A stretch of 64,000 bases of DNA from Epiperipatus broadwayi. Lineage: Eukaryota > Animalia > Onychophora. Position numbers and translations under genes: made by a program. Position 1 is the stretch's first letter. Every line of letters starts with the position of its first letter. This document shows, piece after piece, positions 22,763 to 37,932 of this stretch. The stretch lies in the NCBI GenBank assembly GCA_028023455.1, contig JAQFVV010000009.1, positions 12,710,001 through 12,774,000 on the forward strand, read 5' to 3'. Under the pieces are notes generated by a model that saw only the letters and a program-made list of their open reading frames with translations, did not search any database and had not been told where the DNA came from.

Positions 22763-25700
22763 AAACTAAAATATTGTCTTATATATAAAACTGTTTTCAA
22801 TATATATTTGTTGCATTATTGGAAATGTTAAAATATACTCCGGTTACTATATTTCATGTTTCAATGAAACAAGACAAGTTAATTGTTAATATAAAAAAAT
22901 ATCAAAAGTGAATTGTGGGGGAAAAAGTACTTCATTAACTAAAAACTGAAAATAATCTTGTTATATTTACAGATATTGATTTATTTCCTTGTCGAAAAAA
23001 AACTAATAAAAAATTTATTGAGATCTTCCCCCTTCACCCAGTCAGTTGAAAAAATATATATATGTAAAAACTGCCCGATTAAAAGTTGTTTTATGGGCAA
23101 ATTTTTCCAAGTAATTTTGCATATATACATGATTATTTCTGATTGACTAGTGGTAGGTCAGCCAGAAAATTACACAATACATCTACTTTATTTAAAAACA
23201 AAAACCTGTTTATATATATGTAATTAATAAATAAATAAATGCGTATTTAACAATTAGGAATTTAAAAAAAATACACAAATTATTAAATGATTGGCTTTTA
23301 ATTTGTTTTTTAAAAACTTTCTGCTGTACAGAAAAATTCAGACGAACTTCTTCTCACTCCTGATACTACATTTATAGAGACTAATTATTATAAAAATAAG
23401 CATAATCATTGACAGGTTGCAATGCATGTTGCAAGTGATTTTTTGGAGACTAAAATGTTCTTCAGTGTCATTTATACAAAATACACACACACACACACAT
23501 ATATTTAGAACAAGAAAAATTTTCTTTCTGTTTAAGTCTTTACATTTTTGGTTTAATAAAAGTTGTATTTGATTTAAAAACATTTTGTAGTTATTTTTAA
23601 AAAAAATATTTTTGATAATATTTGCAATATCATTTTTATATTAATGCAATGTTTTCCATTTGAACATAGTTTTATTTTATCAATTCAAAATCTATAAATA
23701 GTGACGATAATTCTTTTGCTTCTGTCAGTCACCAGTTGAAGATCAATACATGATGATATAATACGAAATATTATCAAATATTAAACCAACAGCCAGGTTC
23801 TTTTTATACCATTTAAATTGAGTTTTGCGAACATTTTTTTATTACTATTAACAATTCAACTGGTATCATATGATAATATAAAATATGCGCAAAAATATAC
23901 TAGTTAGGTTGAACAAACACACATTTATATACAACATACAATAATTTATATATATATTCATGAGATATTCTGTCAATGCTGTTTTATTCTGAAATTTTCT
24001 ATTTATCGCATTTGATAATAATGAATGTATGTGGACCAAATATCTATAAAACATTACGAAAGGAAGAAAAAAAAATCTATGCAATATATTTAATGCTATT
24101 TATAAAGATCTCCCCCCCCCCCTCCGCCGCAATATTATTAGTATAGTTCAAGATTGAAATAGGCGGCTTATCATTATTCTGAGTTCCAATCTGCAATGAT
24201 TGCAATATCTGCATTTTATGGGCAGAGAAGTGTGTTTTTTACACAGATATTCCTATAATGCTGCATACAAATTGTGAAGTTTTTGTTAGAGCTATATAGA
24301 ACTTGGTTTTCTACTTTGGAAAGCATCCTTTTTCTTTTCAAAAACTTGTTATGCATGAAACAGTGTTGCTTTGATGTGAATGATAACTTTTTTTTTTAAA
24401 AAAAGTATATGCTGATAGCTTTCTCGGAAAGATGACACTCAATATGATAAAAAATGGTCTCTTTTTAAACAAATTTTACATAATTAGTCAAATTAAACTC
24501 TACCATCCTACATAGTAAAAAATACACATTTTCATCACCTTTCTCCTATTAGTTTCTCTCAGTCTACAATTACCAAATCAATTTTCCAGTGCTGACTCAT
24601 TTGAATTCAGGATTTTTCAATCTATTCATCCTCCACTCTACTTCAAACAACCAATACCCATGAACATACTTAAAAGAAATCAAGAAATTGCTAAAGGAAA
24701 CACTGGAAAAATAATAGTCATCATCATACATAATTTGTTAAAAGGGAAGTTCGAACTTTTCTAAGCTTTACTTGCTCATATTTATAGATACATTTTTTAT
24801 CATTTTTTTTTTCCTTTTATATCTCGTCTTTCATAATTTTTTTCAACATATGTTTTATGTTTGTTCTTTTTCTCAGCACATTTCAAACCTAATTTTTCTA
24901 CTTAATTTTCTTGATAAATATCTCCTCCCCCCCGCCTGCATTTACTCTTTTATTATTATATCTACATTCCAAGTTTGTCTTTACCAATTTATATTTTTTA
25001 TTCTTATCCAAATTCACATCTCCTGAACTTCTAAAAGTTCAACATTTTTACTTTATCTAACACTGAATTCTAATTAATTTACTAACACTGAATTCTATAT
25101 AAAATTTTCAACCAAACGGTAAAAAGTATATAAAAAATTAAACAATATTAATAATGGGAGTAAAATATAATTATAATTGTTATTTTTCAATAAAATAAAC
25201 TGCTAATTTAAAAATAGCAAGATTGGAGGTAATGATTTATAATTAAAGTGATAAACAAAAAATAAAAAGTAATTAAGTTATAAAATTATGTTACTAAAGT
25301 GATATAAAATGAAAGAAAAAATTAAATATTAGAGATTATATATTTTCTAAGATGCTATGCCATATGGAAAAAAAGATTATGTTTTTTTGTTTATAAAAGT
25401 GATAAACAAGATTTAAATAAAAGATTATAATGTAAAGAACAAAAACATTATTAATGGAAAGATTACTAAATAAATTTGTTTTTGTTTGGTTATTTTGCTA
25501 ATAAAAATAAATAAATAATAAGAATGACATATCAAAAGAAAAAAAGCAAAAAAATTAAGATAAAATTTCTCTGAGATTTTTTATTAAAACATTATAAGAG
25601 ATCCTCTTATCCATAATATGTAGACACCATCAATAGGCAATCATTTATCTTTCAATTGTCAGAAAATAGAGAAGAGTAAAACATAGGATCAGTGTAGCAA

Positions 25701-26210
25701 TTCAAGTGCTTTCTGAATTTCTAATGTATCCATCTTTTCATAGCATCAATGGAAAATCATTAATATCAATTAAAATTAAATGTAAAATAAAAGGGGAAGA
25801 GGGGAGTAAAAAAAACCTATTTATTTAATGTTCGATTTTTCTGTGATACAAGCTGAGAGTAACTAAATAAGTACTTTATATTATGGGATATATACAATGG
25901 AAGTTAAACTACTTGCATTATAATAATCATATTAATATTAGGTATAACATCTGTCACTAGTTCTTTTACAATATAAATGTATTCTTTATATTTATGGGAA
26001 ATTATATAACCATTATTTAAAATTGATAATTTTTGTGAAGCTAATATTATTAGATTATTACAAAGTGTTTTTATTATGCATCTGTACAGTTTTATAAATT
26101 CAATAAATATATTTTTAAATAAATAATATTATTAGATTATTTTGGTATACAAACAATAAGCATATATATATACATATTCCACTTAATATATATATATATA
26201 TATATAATGT

Positions 26211-26955
26211 CAAATCATTCCCCAAATGTTATGTTTTTTTAGCAATACTATTTTGTTAATAAAGATAAAGTCTGAATTTTAAACAGCACAACCAAGAAAT
26301 TATCTCTTGATCATTTGTTGCAACGTTGTTAAGTATATTGAAATATAGATTTAAGAGTGAGAAATTTAAATTAGCATTGATCTTAAATTGCTCATAAACA
26401 AACCTGTTTAATTTGTGTATATGAAGAATGACTAATACATTAGTCATTTTAACTTTGCAGTCTCCCAAACATAAATATATAAGAAATAGATATAGTACAT
26501 ATCACTAACTGGAAAATTCAAATCTAAAATCCAAATCACTACCCCAAATGTTATGTTTATCAGCACTGCTACCTTGTAAACAAAGACAAAATCTGAAATT
26601 CAATTAGCATGATCATTTGCTGAAAAAAATATAATATTTGTGGGAGTAATTGAACATTTTATATTTGCATTTTCAGTTAGCAATATGCACTGAGTCTATT
26701 TCTTATATGTTTAAGTTTAGGAGATATATAAATTAAACATATTTGTTTATGAGCAATTTAAAAACAATGCTACTTTAAAATTCACATTTCTTGTTTCAAT
26801 ACACTTAACAACATTGCAGTAAACGATCAAGATATTAATTACCTCTTGATCATGTTCCTGATCACCCAACTTTATCTTTAATCACAAGATAGCATGACTG
26901 AAAAACATAACTTTTGGAAGGGGTGATTTGATTCTTTATATTTGAATTTTCAGCT
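26211..26955. repeat. Degenerate about 321-bp direct repeat followed by an inverted copy
   Basis: caaatca...ccaaatgttatgttt at 26211 and 26532. 26700-26955 is reverse-complementary to 26215-26600 (for example agcattg..ttaaattgctcataaacaa). Confidence 0.65.
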
Positions 26956-27731
26956 AGTAATAATTACCGGGTTTATTTCATATATATATGCATGTACTGA
27001 TAAATTTTCACAAGTTTGACATCATACTAGTTTTTCATTTCTTTCTAAATAAATAAGTGTTATTTAATGATGTGAAAATATGTGTATATATATATGAAAG
27101 ATTTTATGCATGTTTTCATAAATTATGTAAAATAAAAGAGGATAATATTCAAATAATTTAAAATAAGAGAAATACATTAATAAAAAATTATAAAAATGTA
27201 AAAGATTAGCAATTGAATAAATCCCAATACTTCATATTATTTTACTTCTTGATCATACTATCTATAGTTTGATAAGTATTATTGCTTATAATAATAGAAC
27301 CTGTCTACTAATAACCATTAAAATTTAAATGTTTGAATATACCAATTTCTTGCCTTTCCTGAGTAAAGGATTGATATATATTCTGATGGAGCAAATGGTA
27401 AGAGATTAGTGCAAGTCATTATATGTTTAATTCAAAAAATAAATTAGATCTAGTATGCCTCCATAACTTGAGCATTAAAGTATTTGTACTTTATATTAAC
27501 CAGTAATAAAGCAGACATTATTCAGTCAAACCACTCAAATATCTCTCTTTATAAATCATCAGGCACATAGAAGATGTAATGGTGACATCAATTACAATTA
27601 CACTCCAAATATAAATCCATAATCATTTTTATTGTATATAAATTATAAACAAAATCATTAACAATTGTATTTTTATATTAAACTAATATAAAAATACAAC
27701 CAGAACACCATCATCCCAAATGTTCAGGTCA

Positions 27732-28327
<596 letters not shown>

Positions 28328-31300
28328 CAGAAGATTTTTATTCAGATATCTCACTTTATTTTTTTCCCCTATTATTATTGTCACCAACTAAACAACTAGC
28401 CATGTTAATGCTTGTATACAACTTATTGCTCAATTAACATGCTTAACCTTTTACATTTTTTTAAATATTTTCATTGCTTTAATTTTAGTTGCTTTTATTT
28501 TTATCCCTCTATTTAGAATGTTGTTAGGCTTCTCATCATCACAATTACTGACATATCAATTGCACATCTAATACGACAATCCTTTATTGCTTTTATTTTC
28601 ATCTGTAAACTTAACCAATTTTACTTCTTGTTAAACTTATCCTAGCTTTCACAATTAGTAATATATCATCAGCATTTCTGATACTATGAATTATTAAATT
28701 TATCTCTATCAAATAATATTCCAAATTTGATTTATTTATGTTACACCTTTTTCTATATTTATCTCTTTTGTAAGATGGTTCACAAAATACAAAATATAGA
28801 TAGAAAAATTGAAATTATTTTGCACGAATAAAAACATCAATTCTTTTTATGTAATTAAAAATATAATAGTTTATGTCATAATAAAGAAAAGATTATAAAT
28901 GATTTAATGAGATGAAAAATGAAAAAAATCACAGAATTAATGAAATTATTAAAAAATTAATAAAAATTTGAAAGGAATTAAGAAATGATAGAGTTCATTA
29001 TATTCTTAGAGGTCACAGAGTTATAGAAGTACATGCTGAAAAAGAAAAAAATGATTAAATAATTAAAAAAAAATAGTTATGCATATATATTAGAGGGGAA
29101 AAATAGATTGTAGTAGTAATGGGAGGGATTTGCCTTTTAGTAAGTATTTTATATATATATAAAAGCAATCAATATTTTATGAATCATTAAATCATATAGA
29201 GTATATGTTTAACTTTTATACAGTTCAATATTTGAATCAAAAGTTTGTTACATTTTTTTATTTTTCTACAGGTGGATAAACAATAATTTTTGATTTCTGG
29301 AATCAGGATTTGATTACATGGATATTAAGCACTAAGTTTTACTTTATACACTACACATATTTCTTAATACTTTAATTATATTTTGTCAGACTCCATGGAT
29401 TAATCTTCAAATAATTTTAAAAAATAATTGAATGATTGTTTATTGATGTAAAGACTCCAACTTTGATCCAAGAAGCTTTGATTCATGATTGTGTTATTTC
29501 ACCACTGTTAAGCTACATAGAACATTTGAAAATTTACAGTAAACTTTTTTCAAATTATTATAAATGCTGATAAACATTATTTGTTGCACTCTACTATCAT
29601 CAATTAAACTCGAATAAATGATAGTGTTATATCTAAAACCCGACTTATTTTTGGTTAATGACTTTTATCAATGAGCATGCCCACAGCAATCACTTTTATT
29701 ATTCATACTATTCAAGCAAATGATCTTAGATTTAAAAACTCTAATGTTTTAAATCCAAGTTCCATAGTTATACAAGTCTGACCTTAGACTTTAATCATAA
29801 TGCAATTGCAGACATCTTTGATAAGGAATGACATATATCAAACAAATTATCAGGTGACTCTTTCTAGTTCACTTTCAATATCATGCATTAGGAGTAAATC
29901 CACTAAGTTTTTATTTATTATTCAAATTTATAATATATATCTCTGAAATAGAAAATATTACTTGTAATGTAAATGTTAAAAATAAGATGGAAGAGTCATG
30001 TGATAATATATTATTTATAGGTATCAAATAAAATATCAAGTTCATCTTATAAAATTTTTCAAGATCTAAATTTTTTTTTAAAAGGATTCATTTACATTTT
30101 TTGAAATTTATCTTCTTGACTATTAAATTATATTTAATCATTAAAATCAGTCAACACTGAGTCAATTCATTATAATATCAATAACAGTCAGCAATCTTAA
30201 TCTGTTGTCAAGGTAACCTCTTTTTAACAGTATTTTTATCATAAATCATTCTCAATTTTTATCTGTTCATCATATTTGTCATTTTTGAATTTAACATCAT
30301 TATTAGTATATAAGAATAAATTTTGTTACTTTTTAATAATTAAGTTATGGATTTTATTATATATTACTGTTAAATAATTCAATATTGTGAGAAATCTACT
30401 GTTTTAAATTATGAATTTTAAAAATACAAATATGTCCTTTCAAACTTTATATATATCAGTATCATGGGATTTGGCCTACACAAATCTTTACTGCCTCACC
30501 CCCCCCCCCCAAACTAAATGCAATAGTTGTTTTGCTGAAATACTACTTCAGGTGCTTAATACATTTATTCATAGTTATTATTAGAAATATTAAAATGTTG
30601 GATTGATATAGATTATCATTAAAAATCGTTATGCTTGTTAAAATAATTATCAAAAAATTTTAAAAGATTTTAAAAATGTTGTTTAAAATCTTATTTTAAT
30701 AAATGAATTTAAAATGTAAAGTACTTTCTGTAAAATAAATTAAAAAAAACTTTTTGCAGCTTTTGAAATAAAAAAAAAATAGAATAGCTTAATGCTTTCA
30801 TTAAAATAAAAACAATATACAGAGTAATAATTTTGTTGATTTATTTATAATTAATTAATAAAAATTCATCTCTGATTTATTTTTCCATATTTGTATCTTC
30901 ACTTAATTCCAATTTTTGAATGCATACAAAGCTTTGATCAGGATATAAGGATTCATTGTTTCTTCAAATTGTTTAACTATTTTTATAAAACATTTTTTAA
31001 AATCAATATTTTTTTATAGTATGCCATAATTCAAAATATAATAATAATCATCTTGTATAATTACTGTTTTATATAAACTGGGTATTCCTATAGAGTGTTT
31101 AGATTATATTACAATTAGCTAAGAAACTCAATATCCAAATTATAATATTTTTAAAATTCATCCAACTTATTTTAACTCTTTATCACAAACTCTTATAATT
31201 TATATGTCTTGAAGTAATTTTTGGAATTACTATGTTGACTTCTAAATGAGATAGTTGACTTAATTAGTGAGAACTTCCTAGCTTCATACTCTCAAATCAA

Positions 31301-32808
31301 AATGCTTTAGATTTGCCTATATAATTAGAAAGTAGATTGAAGATAAGATGGCCACTCTTATATTTATAAAGTTGTAATCTTGTGTTAAGATTTGTAGAGA
31401 CCCCTCTCATGGTAAAATTAGGCAGACAAGGCACATAATATTAAGGTTAAAGCCTTATATGTATTTATGCGCTGACCATGTACTTAATAAGAATTAATGT
31501 TTAAAATACTATTATGAGAACAAAAAAATAAAAGAATCAATAATTCAAACAGTCGTAATATGTATGCTTTATTCAATTCCTATTAAAGTGAAAACGTATA
31601 TATTGTGAATTAAAATTGATAAGAATAATATTTATAATTTCTTATTGTATTAGCCAGTTATTGAATTATATATAGTTCCAGAGTTGTTTCTCAGTTCCCT
31701 GATGGAACCATTAACCACATAATTATTACTTTTTTTTTTTTTTGGAATGTGATTACTTATGCAATTATAGAAGAAAGAAAAAAAGGCTAATAAAAGCATG
31801 GTGATTAAATACCCACTTTTTTTATTTAAATAATTTTTAAACTACAGTGCTATTTAAAATATATAATGCAGGCAAGAACTACCTTTTTTTTTTATTTAAG
31901 CTCCCGTTCGCTGCTTTTAATTTCACCAAAATCAAGCTTCTCAGACCATAAATCTATAAATGTACAATTATATGTGTGTATAGTCATTCTCATAAAATGC
32001 ATTTTCCATTAAAAAGTGCAATAAATATTTGTTGATTGTAACTAAAGAAAAAGTCTAAATAAGTCAGGAACTAGTTTATGCATAATTTTTAAACCGGAAA
32101 TTTATATCATCAATAATATTTAATAAAAAAATACTATTTTATGGTAGAGGTCACCATATAAAGATATTTGTCAATAGCAAAAAAAAAAAAAAAGTACTAA
32201 TTTTTTACATTAAGAAAAAAATCCTATTTTAGCTCATATTTTATTTATGAGAAGAAAAATAGAATGATTTTTCTGATTAAAAAGTTTGAAATTACAAATC
32301 AAGTTTAATTGTACTTTTAATTGCGTCAATTTAATTTTTAATGATGGGTTTATTTGTAAATATAGATTAAAAACAACTAGGTTCCATTACTTGGTTAAAT
32401 TGAGTATAACTAAAACTGCAATTCATTTGTAATTTAAACTTCAGATTTTAATTAATTGTTTATTAAGAAAGGGAGAAAAAGTAAACAATTTGAGAGCATT
32501 AATAAATTAGCAGAATATTTTAAAGAGATCATGAAAAAAATAACACTAAGTTAAATAAATTAATCTCCAAAAACAACTTTTCTAAAGAAATGAAGTTTTT
32601 TTCTTTGAAAGAGGGAAAAAAAACTTGCCATATCCTTCTTTAATTAATTTGATATATTTTATCAGCGCGAATTACCATAAAATTCTGACTTGTGTGCATT
32701 AATGCAGTAAAAGACATTAGAGTTCAAGTCCATGGACCAAAGCTTGGCTAAATATATTTTCATATTACTTTATAGTAATGAGTAGATTTTTTTCTCTTAT
32801 ATGTCAAA

Positions 32809-32880
32809 TGCGTTGATCAGGAAGCGAACCCGGGCCAGCCGCTTGGAAGGCAGCTATGCTAACCATTAGGCTACCGACGT
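32809..32880 (-). pseudogene. tRNA-Gly(TCC)-like pseudogene or tRNA-derived SINE head
   Basis: The minus strand reads ACGTCGGTAGCCTAATGGTTAGCATAGCTGCCTTCCAAGCGGCTGGCCCGGGTTCGCTTCCTGATCAACGCA (72 nt), collinear with metazoan tRNA-Gly(TCC). It has two acceptor-stem mismatches, a T-stem mismatch and a T-loop of TTCGCTT. Confidence 0.8.
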
Positions 32881-34189
32881 TTGAAGTAGAATATTTGAAA
32901 GCTAAAAGTCCATAGATAGCATCTTGACTGCAACTTCCGGTTAGTGCCAGATTTATCTTTAAGGTTGGCAGCCTGAAGTCTAGGACCCCAAACTTTAGTT
33001 GCCACTAGGTAAGGTGTGTAATATTTATAAACTGTCATAGACCATTTTTAACATAGGCTATCATAACATATTGTAATCTTTAAATAATCTTTCAGCAATT
33101 TTCCTTGCTCTTCATTCCAGAATAATCCTAAGCCAGGAACTCAACACTAGCATAGATTTATGTATTGATTTTGTTCTTCCAGAAAAGTAGTGAGACTTTT
33201 AAGTTGAAATCACAATTGTTCATATATCTACGGAGATCATTATAATTTTGATCAGTCAAATTAGTAATTAAATTGCATTTTTGTTAATGGTAGGAAAGAA
33301 CATGCTGATTTTATTAATGATTTTTAGAAGCAGATTGCAATACAATTGTCAATGAAAAACAATTCTTTGAGAATTTTGAAAATATTATATAGAAGGTTTT
33401 TTTTTTTACTTTTCTCTTCCTGAATAAATCTCGTTTTAGATACTCCCAAATTTTTCTTTCCAAGAATTTGCTTTTTATTTTCAGATTACAATGCAAGAAG
33501 AATGTGCAAAAGATTTGAAAGAGATGCTAGCAAGCATAAGATACTTGAAAATGATACAGTATAGAAGACTAACCAATGTTTTTTTTTTTTTGTATCAGCT
33601 ACTGACAGAAGTAATAACTGTCAATAATGAGGAGATCAGTATAGTGGAGTAAGGACCAGATTTATGCATAAACTATAGCTAGCAGTTCAATGTTTTTTTA
33701 AAATAACAGTGAAACATTTTTATTGATAAAATTTTATCAAGTCATATATTTATTTACAGCATCACATTAATTGATTTTGTTAGCAACATTGGTAGACTAA
33801 CAATGATAATATGTTAAATATTAATTATTTGTTGTATTCCTGGGTATATATAGGATGAAATGAGTAGAATTTTATTTCATTAACAATATATGTTTGACGT
33901 TGAAAGGACAAGTAAAAAAAGTACTCCAGTGCTTCATTGATCTTAAATCCATCTGCTTTCTGCAAAATTCTGCACAAAGTCCTTTATTTAATTGTTTAAA
34001 AAATTCTTTCTTGAATGCTTTTTTCAACTTTTTAAAAATTAAATTACTCTTTATAATTTATCTTTCTAATTTATTAAGGTGTCTAAAATATCAATTTTTT
34101 TTTTACTATCATATAAAATAGTTAATAGCTTGAAAATTAAAGTTAATATATGATGGTGCATCTTAATCTTCTGGTGACATGATATGGTT

Positions 34190-34655
34190 TCTCCTTAATT
34201 GAAGTCAGGAATCTCTCAGACAATGTGTCCAAGAAAACCGTTAGCCAACTTATCTTCTCTTTCCATTCATCACTCTAAGTTTTGCCCATATTCTTCTCTA
34301 TCCCATTTCCACATCATCTTTGTCCACTCCATGGTCTTTGTATCTAGATACTCCTTATCTTTCTCAAACCCCAGCATGAAGACTAATAACCCACTTTCTG
34401 TACAATCATTTGGTCTATATTTATTCTCCCATAACTTTATTACTTGAACCCCAAAACTGCTGGTAAGCATGTACATTCAATTAACAGATGCCTAATATTT
34501 TCCATGCCTTCCTTACATAACTTGCAGACTAAATCACACACATTTCTCCATTTATGCATATATTCCCTTTTTGCTAATGATCCTGTTCAAGACTTGAACA
34601 ATAAACTGCTTTCCTTGCTATTATCATAAATTAACTCACACCCAATATTCTGTTT
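34190..34655 (-). mobile_element. Non-LTR retrotransposon, 5'-truncated 3'-end copy
   Basis: Paralogous to 34745-35200 (for example gtcaggaatctctcag; taacagatgcctaatattttc; ttaactcacacccaatattctg). Confidence 0.75.
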
Positions 34656-34744
34656 ATATATATATATATATATATATATATTATGCGAGAAGTAAGGGTA
34701 CAATATATATATATATATATTTAGTGGTGTGATGCACTGTGACT

Positions 34745-36570
34745 TCTCCTTATATGGAGTCAGGAATCTCTCAGCAACTATGCCCAAAGAAACCTGTTAG
34801 CCACTTTGACTTCCCTTTCCATTCCCCATCCCAAGTTTTCCCATATTCTTCTCTATCCTGTTCCATCCCATTTCCACAACATAATCTTTGTCAACTCCAT
34901 AGCCTTTATATCTAAAACCCCTTTATCTTTTCCCAAACCCAGTATAAAAACCCAATAACTCACTTTCTGTATAATCACTTTGTTCATATTTATTCTTCCA
35001 CAACTTCATTATTTGTATACCCTTTCTGCATTCAGACATTTACATTTAATAACAGATGCCTAATATTTTCTATGTCTTCCTTACACAACTTGCAGACTAA
35101 ATCATCCATATTTTTCCATTTATGTGTATATTCCCTTCTTGCTAAAGATCCCTTTCTACTTTCCTTGCTATTATCATAAATTAACTCACACCCAATATTC
35201 TGTTTATTTCTATAAATATTCAAACTCTTTTTACTCTCCATCTCCCTATTCTTTATTAATATATCTATTTTTCTATCCCATTCCTTAACACTATAATACT
35301 CAACAATTCTTCTAACACAATCATCCCACCTTTTGTATAAATATAGTGACATAAATTCTTTACCTGAATCTTCTGCAAATCACATTATCTTTCACATTCA
35401 TTATGTTGCCTATCCTTTATTCATAACCCAATTAAATATTATTTTGGCTATTATTTTATTATCCATAATTTGCAATCTACTGAACATTTTCATTTTGCAT
35501 CTCTCATATAAAAACTTGACCATCCCATTTCCTCCTTGAATTGCCCCCTTTGCCATCCACACTTCTGCATGTCTTCCTACTTCTCTTTGTACTTTTTCTA
35601 AGTAATCTAATACCCCTTTATTAACACATAATTCATCATTACCATATGTTAACCCTGCTACTGCCACTCCCTTTCATACAATTCTAGCTACAGCATATTT
35701 ATTATATGAGAACACTTTAAATTTCTTTATCAATCCCTTTCTTTTCTTTGCTTCATTTATCAATTTTTTCTCCCATTCGTCCAAGCAATTTCTGATTACT
35801 TAAGATGATTCTCAAATAGTTATATCTATTCACCACACTTAACTTTATATCCCCCAGTAAAAATTCTTTGTCTTCTCTTTCCTCAATATTAATCATTACT
35901 TTTGATTTTTTTTCACTAAATTTAATCCCTATCTTTTTTACCTACCTTTGTGCATGTCCTCAGCATGAATTTCATTCTTTCTGCATACACAAAAAAACAT
36001 CATCCATAAATAAAAGACCCAACAATGTATATATTGGTCTCTCTACTCCTCTTCCTAGTCTTTCTATTGCTCTCTCCATTTTTCTCAAATACAACAACAA
36101 AAAACAGGTGACAGAGGACATCCTTGCCTTAGTCCCACCCCATTTTTAACTTTAACTGATTCTATATTCCATAATTATTTTCATATTTCTTAATAATATC
36201 CACTAAAGCTGCATCCATTCTCAAATTTATTAAACTTACACATAATCTATTTCCATTTACTCTATCATACACCTTCTCTATATTTATAAAAACCATATAT
36301 AACTGCCTACCTCTATTCTTACTCATATCCATAAGTTGGGTAACTACAAATAAACTATCTCCTAAATGCCTATCTGATTGAAAACCTCCTTGCATTTCTC
36401 CCACTATATTATTTTTCCCCATCTATTTTGCAACCCTTCCAGCCACCATATATGAGAAAACCTTATATAGCACTGATGTTACCGCTATTGGTCTATAATG
36501 GTTTAACTTTCTATGATAATTACCCTTCCTGTTTACTGAAACAGATTTAATTACTCCCCCCACCCCCCAG
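34745..36570 (-). mobile_element. Degenerate non-LTR retrotransposon (LINE) reverse transcriptase with C-terminal CCHC-like motif
   Basis: Fragments YRPIAVTSVLYKVFS, GEMQGGFQSDRHLGDSLFVVTQ...LYMVFINIEKVYDRV, LLFMDD (YADD-equivalent), GIKFSEKKSKVM, AVAGLTYGN...LEKVQREVGR, CKLCKEDIENIRHLLL, with many stops and frameshifts. Confidence 0.9.
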
Positions 36571-36599
36571 TGACAATTTTGTATGCTCTCAACATTTGA

Positions 36600-37385
36600 T
36601 TTTATTATTAAACTGTTATATATCAGAATATAAATTTGACTTTTTACAATTACAAACAAAATAAATTAAAAAAAAATCATATTTGAACTTTGCAAATAGT
36701 TAAAAAATAAAATCATATTAAAAACAAAGAATGAATTTATCATTTAATGATTGGGAGCAACAGATTTTGATTCCATAAAATCAATGAAGTGATGACACTT
36801 GTGTTTAAAATGTTAATAAATAAGTCAGTATCTGATATATCTATAAAATTATGCTTTAAAACATTATTTTAAAAAAAATAATTTTTATAATATATTCTAG
36901 TGGATAATCAATGACAATGTGTTAGCAATCAGTTTGAAAAGGTAGGTTTATTGGAACTCTGTAATTTGCTTTGTTAAAATTATGCTAGCACTTATTATCT
37001 TCTATTTTTAAAAACAAAACACGTATGTATAAAATAAATGTGTAATCACATATACTTTTGATTTGGAATAATTATTACATGATTATTGTACAAAAATAAC
37101 CACAAATCTTAATAAACTTCACAAAAAAAATAGTCATTTGAAAATTTTTATTGGAATCTCACAAATGACATGAAATCCAATAATAAAGATCAAATGCATA
37201 AAATGTAGCTAAATAGTTGGATTGTTACCACATTTTTTATTGTCCTGACATTAGATTTTTTTAAATCTAAACATATGTGAATTTTGCTATTAAAAAAAAA
37301 ACTAGCAAAATATCTCAATAGATGGTTGTACAAGCAAATTGACTCCAGCACTTTTTCTCAATTTCACTCTATGAAGTTCCTCACA
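36600..37385. repeat. Dispersed repeat, copy 2 (paralogous to 12510-13320)
   Basis: The same collinear blocks as copy 1, in the same orientation. Confidence 0.75.
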
Positions 37386-37932
37386 ATGATGAAATATCTG
37401 ATTAATAATATAAAAATGTTATAAATATTAAGATACTAGAATAAATTATGTGAAGCAATGGTAATTTATTATTAATGTTGATCTAATATTAGTACTAGAT
37501 CGTAGTACCTGTTGACTGAGATAATTTAATTTACGTAAATTTTAGCATTTGATAAATAAATTATTTAGATTTTATAAATGATGTATTAAAAATGTATTTT
37601 TTTTTTAATGAAGTATTTTTTTTTAGCTTTTTTGAATGTTTTTAGAGGCAATTAATTATTAAATTCTGAATTCAAAACTGGAAAAATTATGTTTTACAAG
37701 ATGGTTATTAAAATAATTGTACAATTTGTTCTTTGAAAGCTCATTTAGTTGCTCAAATTGAAATTTATTTATTTCTTAAGCTGGGAATTTTTAGCTCGTA
37801 AGTTTGCTACTTGAGCACTGCTAAGCTTTACTAAGTGTAAATATATATGGTCAATAATAAAAATTAAAAGTAATTGATTGACTTTACTTCTGATAAAAAT
37901 ATTTTAAAATGATCTCATCAACAATAGTGATA

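Noticed and set aside
28636-28678. Minus-strand CTGATGA...GAAAGCTA motif
   Set aside because: The core words are present, but stems I and II fail to pair.
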